Origin: Pantanalinema sp.
GTDB lineage: Bacteria > Cyanobacteriota > Sericytochromatia > S15B-MN24 > UBA4093
NCBI GenBank assembly: GCA_036704125.1
Contig: DATNQI010000019.1
Span: 971 to 64,970 of the forward strand
Reading direction: 5' to 3'
DNA: 64,000 nt
The notes under the pieces are model-generated. The model saw only the letters and a program-made list of their open reading frames with translations, had not been told where the DNA came from and made no database searches. The position numbers and the translations under genes were made by a program. Positions 55,716 through 62,597 of this stretch are shown in pieces. How positions within the stretch are numbered: the stretch's first letter is position 1; each line of letters starts with the position of its first letter.

Positions 55716-56498
55716 ATGAGCAAGGTCGTCGGTTACATCTGGATGCACCCCGAAGCCATCAACGCCGAGAAGGTTCGCGCCGAGCGCCATGCGATCGAGG
55801 CCTACTGCGCGGCTCACAACCTCGCCCTGGACGGGATGCAGGTCGATGCCGGCGCCCTGGGCAACGCCCTCGAGCGGCCCGAGATGAAGGCGATCGCCGA
55901 GAAGTCCGAGATCACCGTCGTCGTCGCCTCGATGGTCAGCCTCGGCCGCCGCTTCCACGACGTCGCTACCGTGCTCGCCGAGTTCAACCACAAGGACATC
56001 CGCTTCATCAGCGTCGAGGAGAACATCGACACCGGCCGCCCCGACGGCCAGCAGCTCCTCAAGCTCTTCGTGACCATTCCCCAGGTCGCCAGCTGGGTCC
56101 GCGCCCCCAAGCCCGCCGCCGAGACCAAGGTCTTCGTCCGCAACCGCGAGGTGCTCCACAACGGCGGCACCTGCCCCTACGGCTACACTCTCGACGAGAT
56201 GACCAACCAGTTCGTCGTCAGCCGCACCGAGGCCGCCGTGATCCAGCGCATCTTCCACGAGCGCGCCGCGGGCCGCAGCCTTCGCCAGATCGCCAACGAC
56301 CTCACCCGTGATGCGATCGCCACCAAGCGCGGCGGCCGCTGGCAGGCCAACACCGTTAAGACCATCCTCGAGAACATCTTCTACACCGGCGACTACCAGT
56401 GCCAGGGCCGCCTCTACCCCAACGACCACGAGGCCGTCATCTCCAAGGACCTCTTCGCCCAGGTCAACTCGGCCCAGGAGATCCTCCAGGTCTGCTAG
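55716..56498 (+). CDS. serine-recombinase-like protein lacking the catalytic serine, truncated (resolvase-like domain + recombinase domain only)
   Basis: The resolvase fold is conserved (…VVVASMVSLGRRFHDV…DIRFISVEENIDTGRPDGQQLL…), but the nucleophile motif (G/A)YxRVS(T/S)xxQ is replaced by VGYIWMHPE. A large-serine-recombinase 'Recombinase' domain follows (GGTCPYGY…IANDL…KRGGRWQANTV…IFYTGDY), and there is no zinc-ribbon/coiled-coil C-terminus. GAGGAGAG precedes ATG 55716. Confidence 0.65.
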   Translation: MSKVVGYIWMHPEAINAEKVRAERHAIEAYCAAHNLALDGMQVDAGALGNALERPEMKAIAEKSEITVVVASMVSLGRRFHDVATVLAEFNHKDIRFISVEENIDTGRPDGQQLLKLFVTIPQVASWVRAPKPAAETKVFVRNREVLHNGGTCPYGYTLDEMTNQFVVSRTEAAVIQRIFHERAAGRSLRQIANDLTRDAIATKRGGRWQANTVKTILENIFYTGDYQCQGRLYPNDHEAVISKDLFAQVNSAQEILQVC

Positions 56499-56536
56499 GC
56501 AGCTCTCACGCTCTCTCTCAAACAACGCTCTCTCAA

Positions 56537-56577
56537 CCCTCGGGGGGCCGACTCAGTCGGCCCCCCGAGGGTTTTAT
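56537..56577 (+). terminator. rho-independent terminator
   Basis: ccctcggggggccgac-tca-gtcggccccccgaggg followed by ttttat; preceded by the direct repeats acgctctctc x2. Confidence 0.85.
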
Positions 56578-56639
56578 GGCGCCCGTTCGCTGAAGTCGAA
56601 GGCCCCGCGACACTGCCGCGGGGCCTTCGGGGCACGGGG

Positions 56640-57275
56640 TCACGCCGCTGGCGCGGGAGGCCTGTCGTTTTTCTCCGAGCGTGCGAGCAGCGCGAAGTCG
56701 ATGCACAGCTCCTTGCCCGAGGCCCAGACGCCCCGGAAGCCCCCGATGACGGCCGCTGCGATCGACGCCCCCCAGGTGGCCAGGGGGCGAGGGACGTTGA
56801 AGCTCCCGAGCTGCAGCCGCTCGATCTGGAAGTTGAAGGTGCTCTCTGCGGTCTGGCGTGGGGCGACGTCGCTGCGCAGCGGGATCTTCCAGCCGAAGAG
56901 GTCGAGCTCGCCCTGGATCTGGAGCTTCTTGTCGTCGGCCACGTGGACCGCCAGGGACTTCACCAGGCCGCCCGAGGGGATCGCGACCTTCTCGCAGACG
57001 TCGGTGGTGACGATGCCGTACTTGGCCTGGCCGGACACCGTCGCGTGTCCTGCATCGGTGAAATCCACCCGGAAGTCTCGCCCGTGCTCACCCGCCAGGA
57101 CGTCGGCGACCTTGAGCTCCACCTGCACGGGGATGAAGCCGAGGACATCCTTGCGGACGCTCAGATTTCCTTGCGGGTTGAGGGCGATGCCGCCGCCAGC
57201 CTGCACCGGGCCGGGCTCCGGCTCGGAGGCGCGGCGCGAGGGCTGGGGGGTGCCGGGGCGGATGGGAGGGATCAT
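56640..57275 (-). CDS. hypothetical protein with C-terminal hydrophobic helix; last gene of the FHA/kinase operon
   Basis: A 211-aa ORF with typical codon usage, a Pro-rich N-terminus and a C-terminal TM-like segment (ASIAAAVIGGFRGVWASG). Confidence 0.45.
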   Translation of the reverse strand: MIPPIRPGTPQPSRRASEPEPGPVQAGGGIALNPQGNLSVRKDVLGFIPVQVELKVADVLAGEHGRDFRVDFTDAGHATVSGQAKYGIVTTDVCEKVAIPSGGLVKSLAVHVADDKKLQIQGELDLFGWKIPLRSDVAPRQTAESTFNFQIERLQLGSFNVPRPLATWGASIAAAVIGGFRGVWASGKELCIDFALLARSEKNDRPPAPAA

Positions 57276-57385
57276 GGCGCGCTCCTCTGGAGTGGGGGCT
57301 CCATGGTTATCGGCAGCCCGGCCCGAGAAGCTGCTAAAAAGCGCCGGGGCGTTCCTTGAAAGGAACGCCCCGGCGCAGCGAGGTT

Positions 57386-57871
57386 CTAGGCTTCGAGGAG
57401 CTTGAAGAAGGTCTTGCCCATGACGATCTCGTCACCGGCCTTGACCAGCTGCGGGCTGCCCGGCATCAGTCGCGGGCCGCGGTTGACGTAGGTGCCGTTC
57501 AGGCTGCCGAGGTCCTCGACGAAGTACTCGCCCTCCTCGACGAAGAGGCGCGCGTGCTTGCGCGAGATCTTGGCCTCGGCGTCGTCCGAGGTCAGATCGA
57601 CCTCGGGGAAGGATCCGCCGTCCGGATCCCAGCGGCCGACATGGGTCTCGCCCGAGATCTCGAGAACGAACTCCTTGCCGACGGTCCCGCCGCGGGTGAT
57701 GACCAGCTTGGCGCGGTAGCTCGCGGGTGCTCCGAGCGTTCCCGGCTGGGGGTACGAGGCGGCGACATCCGAGGCGGGGACGCTCGAAACGAGCTCCAGC
57801 TTCGCGCCGCACTCGTCGCAGAACTGGATGCCCGACTGGTTTTCGTGGCTACAAGCCGTGCAGACGCTCAT
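57386..57871 (-). CDS. zinc-ribbon + FHA domain protein
   Basis: N-terminal CxxC…CxxC (CTACSHEN…CDECG) and a C-terminal FHA (…GRWDPDGG…DLTSDD…SRKHARLF…GSLNGTYVN). Confidence 0.8.
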   Translation of the reverse strand: MSVCTACSHENQSGIQFCDECGAKLELVSSVPASDVAASYPQPGTLGAPASYRAKLVITRGGTVGKEFVLEISGETHVGRWDPDGGSFPEVDLTSDDAEAKISRKHARLFVEEGEYFVEDLGSLNGTYVNRGPRLMPGSPQLVKAGDEIVMGKTFFKLLEA

Positions 57872-57881
57872 CGCTTTCCCC

Positions 57882-58241
57882 CTAGGCCTGGAAGAACTTG
57901 AAGAAGGTCTTGCCCATGACGATCTCGTCGCCGTCCTTGATGGCCTGGGGGCTGCCGGGCAGGAGGCGCGGGCCGCGGTTGACGTAGGTGCCGTTGAGGC
58001 TGCCGAGGTCCTCGACGAAGTACTCGCCGTTCTCGATGAAGATCCGCGCGTGCTTGCGCGAGATCTTGGCCTCGGGGTCGTCCGACGTCAGGTCCACCTC
58101 GGGGAAGGCGCCGCCGTCCGGGTCCCAGCGGCCGATCAGCGTCTCGCCGCCGGTCTCGACGGCGAACTCCTTGCCCACGGTCCCGCCGCGGGTGATGACC
58201 AGCTTGACCGTGGCGGCGATGGAATTCGTGGTGTCGCTCAT
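57882..58241 (-). CDS. FHA domain protein (tandem paralog of the downstream FHA gene)
   Basis: A stand-alone FHA ~85% identical to the FHA of 57386..57871 (KLVITRGGTVGKEF…ISRKHARIF…GDEIVMGKTFFKF). Confidence 0.8.
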   Translation of the reverse strand: MSDTTNSIAATVKLVITRGGTVGKEFAVETGGETLIGRWDPDGGAFPEVDLTSDDPEAKISRKHARIFIENGEYFVEDLGSLNGTYVNRGPRLLPGSPQAIKDGDEIVMGKTFFKFFQA

Positions 58242-58293
58242 CCTGGGGTTCTCCTCATGAATGCGGTGGGGGGCGAAAGGAAAGAGGTGAGAT

Positions 58294-59955
58294 CTAGGAA
58301 TACTCGGCGAGGTTGACCAGCACGACGGTGATGTTGTCCTCGCCGCCGCGCTGGTTGGCCAGGTTCACCAGCTTGCGGGCCGCGAGGTTGGGCTCGGCGG
58401 CGTTGATGACCACCTCCTGCAGCTCCTCGTCGGAGACGTGGCCCGTGAGGCCGTCGCTGCACAAGAGCAGCCAGTCCCCGATCTTGAGGGGCCGCTGGTA
58501 CAGGTCGACCTCGACGTTCGGGTAGGTGCCGAGCGAGCGATAGATCAGGTTGCGCTGCGGGTGGATCGCCGCCTCCTCGAGGGTGATCTGGCCGATCTCG
58601 ACCAGGCGCCCGACGAGGCTGTGATCGCGCGACACCTTCTCGATGCCCTCGCGGTTGATCAGGTAGGCGCGACTGTCGCCCACGTGCCCGATGAAGACGT
58701 TCTGGCCGAAGACCAGAGCGGCGGTGACGGTGGTGCCCATCCCTGAGAGGTCCGCGTTGTGGCGGCCGGTCTCGTAGATGCGGGAGTTCGCGTTCTTGAT
58801 GGCCTGCTGCATGGCCGCGCGGATCTCCTGGGCCGGGTCGTCCACCCCCTCGTTGAGGTTGACCAGCGCCTCCTGGACGTGCGAGGTCACGGCGTCCACG
58901 GCCAGAGCGCTCGCGATCTCGCCCGCGTTGACCCCGCCCATGCCGTCGGCGACCACGTACAGCCCGAGCCCCGACTGGGTGGACTGGGTGGTGAAGGTCA
59001 GGTCGAAGACCGCGAGGCTGTCCTCGTTGCCCGTCCGGACGATGCCCACGTCCGAGCAGTGGCCGGCCCGGCGCTGGGGGTTGTTGATCAGGGCGAGCAG
59101 GTGGGCCTTGAGCTCCTGCACCGTCTCGAAGCGATCGTCGGGATCGGGCGCGAGCATCTTGCGGACGATCCGCTCGATCTGCGGGTGGATCGCCTCGTTG
59201 AACGCGCTGAGGTCCGGCAGGTTGAAGCGCGTCTCCTCGTTGGGCCAGTAGCTCTCGGGGGAGTTGCCGGTGAGCAGGTAGTGCCACAGGGCGCCCAGGG
59301 CGTAGATGTCCGAGCGCTCGTCGACCTTGCCGCTCAGGTACCCGAACTGCTCGGGCGGCGAGTAGCCGGGCGTCGAGTCGGTGGGGACGGGGCAGGGCAG
59401 GATGGCGGCGCGGTGGAAGCCCGTGAGGCGCACCCGCTGGAAGTCGGGGGTGACGACCACGTAACGGGGCTGCAGGTCCAGGTGCAGGATCTGCCGGCGG
59501 TGGAGCTGGCCGATGGACTGGCACAGCTGGATCATCCAGTCAAGGGACTGCTGGACGCCGATGGCGGTGCCGTTGCGCAGGAGGTAGGCCAGGTCGCGCC
59601 CCTCGAGCTGCTCGATCACCAGGTAGGCGCGATCGCTCGCCTTGAAGATGTCGAGGGCCTTGACCACGGTCGGGTAGGAGACCGAGCGCAGGATCAGGAA
59701 CTCGTTCTGCCAGGGGTTGTCCCAGGCCTTCTCCGCCCACTCGCTCTCGGGCAGGGCGCTGGTGCTGGCCTCGTCCTCCTTCTCCTTGACGATGACCACG
59801 AAGCCCGTGGCCTGGTCGATCGCCCGGTAGAGGTTGGCGCCGTTCTTGTACTCGAGGAAGCGCTCGACCGCGTAGCGGTTGGCGAGCAGGGTGTCCGCTT
59901 CGAGCGGCGCAAGGGGGCTGGTCGCGGAGCCGCGGTCGGAACGAGGCGAGGTCAT
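58294..59955 (-). CDS. pseudokinase-like domain fused to PP2C (PPM-family) Ser/Thr phosphatase
   Basis: The N-terminal kinase-fold domain has degenerate motifs: there is no GxGxxG loop, the catalytic loop reads HLDLQP instead of HRDLKP, and DFG is replaced by TGF. The C-terminal PP2C domain has an intact metal-binding motif set (VADGMGG, HVGDSRAY, LLCSDGL, GGEDNITVV). AAGGAG lies 8 nt before ATG 59953-59955. Confidence 0.75.
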   Translation of the reverse strand: MTSPRSDRGSATSPLAPLEADTLLANRYAVERFLEYKNGANLYRAIDQATGFVVIVKEKEDEASTSALPESEWAEKAWDNPWQNEFLILRSVSYPTVVKALDIFKASDRAYLVIEQLEGRDLAYLLRNGTAIGVQQSLDWMIQLCQSIGQLHRRQILHLDLQPRYVVVTPDFQRVRLTGFHRAAILPCPVPTDSTPGYSPPEQFGYLSGKVDERSDIYALGALWHYLLTGNSPESYWPNEETRFNLPDLSAFNEAIHPQIERIVRKMLAPDPDDRFETVQELKAHLLALINNPQRRAGHCSDVGIVRTGNEDSLAVFDLTFTTQSTQSGLGLYVVADGMGGVNAGEIASALAVDAVTSHVQEALVNLNEGVDDPAQEIRAAMQQAIKNANSRIYETGRHNADLSGMGTTVTAALVFGQNVFIGHVGDSRAYLINREGIEKVSRDHSLVGRLVEIGQITLEEAAIHPQRNLIYRSLGTYPNVEVDLYQRPLKIGDWLLLCSDGLTGHVSDEELQEVVINAAEPNLAARKLVNLANQRGGEDNITVVLVNLAEYS

Positions 59956-59972
59956 GGCTCGTGGCTCCTTTC

Positions 59973-61190
59973 TTAACGGGCGAGCATCCACCAGAGGCCG
60001 GCCGAGATCACGAGGGCGGCCGCGACGGCAGCCCCCGCGATCAAGAGGCGCCTGGGGAGGGTGGGGCGCTCGGTCCGGCCGGTGGCCTTGGGACGACCGA
60101 GGTGGCCCGTTGCGGCCCGGTAGATCTGGCTGGACGTGGAGGCGTGGTGGGCGGCGATGTAGTTGCGGCAGTGGGGGCAGAACTGGCGGCCCTTGGAGAT
60201 CTGCTCGCCGCAGTGGGGGCAGGTGCGCACGGCGTTGCTCGCCTCGCCTCCCACGCGGATCAGGGCGACCAGCATGTCGTCGGCACTGGCGTAGCGCTTC
60301 TCGATGTCGGAGTCGAGGGAGCGCATGACCAACTCCTCGGTCGCGTCCGTGACCTCGGGGTTGAGCTGGCGCACGGGCGGGAACGAGAAGGGGGCCTCGT
60401 TCTGAGGGTCGCGCCCGGTGAGCATGTAGTGCATGGTCGCCCCCAGCGCGTAGAGGTCGGTGCGGGGCTCGACCTGGCCGCGGTACTGCTCGGGGGGCGC
60501 GTAGCCCTGGGTGCCGATCATGGTGCCGCGGGCCGTGGGGTTGAAGAAGCGCGCGATGCCGAAGTCGACCAGGTAGATCTTGCCGAACTCGGTGAGCATG
60601 AGGTTGGCGGGCTTCATGTCCCGGAAGATGATGGGCGGCTTCTGGTGGTGGAGGTAGCTCAGCACGTCGCAGACCTGGATGGCCCAGCCGATCACGCTCT
60701 TCTCGTCGAAGGGGTTGTTGGACTGCTCGCAGATCCGGGCCTCCAGGTCCGAGCCGTTGATGTACTCCATCACGATGTAGTGGCGGTTCGACTCGGTGAA
60801 GCGGTCGAAGACCTCGGGGATGGAGTTGTGCTTGAGGCTGGCGAGCATGTCCGCCTCGCGGTAGAAGTTCTGCATCGCCGTCTCGCGCTGCTCGCCATCG
60901 GCGAAGTGGTCGAGCATCTCCTTGACGACGCAGACCTTGCTCGAGAAGCGGGTGTCGTTGGCCAGGTAGACGGCGCCCATCCCCCCCTGCCCGACGAGCT
61001 GGGTGATGCGGTACCGGTCCTGCAGCAGGGTCGAGGGCGACAGCAGGCCGCTCGCGCCCACCGAGCCCGCGGGCTGGGTGACGTGCGAGCTCGAGTGGGT
61101 CGCGGTCACCGCCCCCTTGAGGGGCTTGCCGCAGTCGCAGCAGAAGCGGTTCTCGGCGTTGTTATCCGTCTGGCAGTTGGAGCAGATCAA
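59973..61190 (-). CDS. Ser/Thr protein kinase flanked by N- and C-terminal zinc ribbons, C-terminal TM anchor
   Basis: Active Hanks motifs are present (GQGGMGAVY, VCVVKEM, FRDMKPANLML, DFG, APPE). It has an N-terminal CxxC…CxxC, a C-terminal CPHCG…CPHCR and a terminal TM helix. The start is probably TTG 61188-61190, with GGAGG ~11 nt upstream. Confidence 0.8.
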   Translation of the reverse strand: MICSNCQTDNNAENRFCCDCGKPLKGAVTATHSSSHVTQPAGSVGASGLLSPSTLLQDRYRITQLVGQGGMGAVYLANDTRFSSKVCVVKEMLDHFADGEQRETAMQNFYREADMLASLKHNSIPEVFDRFTESNRHYIVMEYINGSDLEARICEQSNNPFDEKSVIGWAIQVCDVLSYLHHQKPPIIFRDMKPANLMLTEFGKIYLVDFGIARFFNPTARGTMIGTQGYAPPEQYRGQVEPRTDLYALGATMHYMLTGRDPQNEAPFSFPPVRQLNPEVTDATEELVMRSLDSDIEKRYASADDMLVALIRVGGEASNAVRTCPHCGEQISKGRQFCPHCRNYIAAHHASTSSQIYRAATGHLGRPKATGRTERPTLPRRLLIAGAAVAAALVISAGLWWMLAR

Positions 61191-61268
61191 CTTAGGGGGA
61201 ACCTCCGCAGCCGCGGGGTGCCGAGTGGCGCCCGTCGGGACAGCTTGGGCATGGTCTTGGGCCAGGAG

Positions 61269-62597
61269 CTACCATTTGAACAAGTTTAGCACAAATCCGA
61301 GGTTGTTCGTCTGGCCGGGAGCCCCGCCCCCGGGCGGTTCCCCGGTGATGTAACCGGTGCTCCATGCCGAGGTGTCGCCAATGGCGAGCACCAGGCCCTG
61401 AGCGTAGGGCTGGGCGACGGCGATCGCAGGCCCGCCGAGCGTGGCGGCGACGCGGTATCCGCCGTCGCCCGCGCGCGCGATGGCGCGCGCCGTGGGCGGG
61501 GCGAAGATCGAGCAGGCCTCGTAGAAGGTGACGCCGCCCGGCATGGCATGCGGGGCGGGCAGCTCGGGGGCGGCCACCTTGATCCAGCCGGGCTGGGCGG
61601 AGTTCGCGGTGGTGCGGACCAGGTCGGGGCAGAAGGCGAGGCCGAAGGGCCGGGCGATGCGGTTGAGCGCCTCGGGCGAGTAGTCGAGCGCGCCGCCCCA
61701 CTCGCCCATCAGCACGAGGGTGCCGCCCGAGGCGACGAAGTCCTGGAGGCGGCTTGCGGTCGCATCGGTCGCGAAGGCCGCGCGGGGGCTCGCGACCACC
61801 CGCACATCGGCTGCGTCCGAGACGCTGGTCGAGACGGTGAAGTCGGTGCCGAGCGCCGACTTGAGCGCACCCAGGGCGGTGCCGACGGAGGTTGCGCCGA
61901 AGGGCTGGGCGTCATTCTCGAAGACGACGATGGGCTTGGTGGCCTGGCGCGCGAGGACGACGCTGCCGAGGGCGAGGTCCGTGCCGTTCAGCGCAACCTG
62001 CCGGGTCGAGGGGGCGTGGAGCGCCTTGCGGATGCTGAGGGTGTGCGCTCCGGCTCCCAGGCCCTCGAGGGTGAAGCCCCCGTCGGCCCCCGAGAAGGTC
62101 CAGCTCTCGCCCGCGGCGACGCGGGCCCCCTCGATGGGGCCACCGGGCCCCGAGACCGTGCCGCTGATCGTGCCCGCCTGGGGGGTGAGCTCGACGGTGG
62201 TCTCGAGGGGGGTCTTGGGGTCGATCGAAAGACCCGTGACCAGGCGGGTCGCGTGGCCCGGGGCCGAGACCCGCAGCGCGTAGGTGCCGGCCTCCAGCGG
62301 GTCGAAGCGCATGGGAAGCGCCGAATCGGTGACGCCCCAGGCGGGAGTCGGCCCGACGAGGCTCACGGTCGCGCCCGCGATCCGATCCTGGGTGCCCGCC
62401 CGGCGGACGTTGACGCTCAGGATGCCGTTGACCAGGGCCGTGCCGCTGACGAAGACCTGGCGGCTGAGCGTGGGGCTCGGAGCCGGGCCGGGAGGCTGGG
62501 GCGGATCGGGAGTGGGCGCCGGGGGTTGCCCGGGGAAGAGGAAGCAACCCGAGAGGGACAGGGTGGCGAGCATCCCGACGAGGATCGTTCGGCGCAT
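61269..62597 (-). CDS. lipoprotein with tandem carboxypeptidase-regulatory-like (CarbopepD_reg) beta-sandwich domains and an uncharacterised C-terminal domain
   Basis: ATG 62595-62597 overlaps the stop of the S8 gene (ATGA). It has a lipobox (LSLSGC) and two 'ATVSL…G…TDS.G.F…L..GTY.L.VSAPG' type units. The track ORF 61269..63659 is a frame artefact spanning two genes. Confidence 0.55.
   Translation of the reverse strand: MRRTILVGMLATLSLSGCFLFPGQPPAPTPDPPQPPGPAPSPTLSRQVFVSGTALVNGILSVNVRRAGTQDRIAGATVSLVGPTPAWGVTDSALPMRFDPLEAGTYALRVSAPGHATRLVTGLSIDPKTPLETTVELTPQAGTISGTVSGPGGPIEGARVAAGESWTFSGADGGFTLEGLGAGAHTLSIRKALHAPSTRQVALNGTDLALGSVVLARQATKPIVVFENDAQPFGATSVGTALGALKSALGTDFTVSTSVSDAADVRVVASPRAAFATDATASRLQDFVASGGTLVLMGEWGGALDYSPEALNRIARPFGLAFCPDLVRTTANSAQPGWIKVAAPELPAPHAMPGGVTFYEACSIFAPPTARAIARAGDGGYRVAATLGGPAIAVAQPYAQGLVLAIGDTSAWSTGYITGEPPGGGAPGQTNNLGFVLNLFKW

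Noticed and set aside
55454-56577. Intact prophage integrase or active integrative element
   Set aside because: The recombinase-like protein lacks the catalytic Ser/Arg and the zinc-ribbon/coiled-coil C-terminus. No phage structural, replication or excisionase genes flank it.
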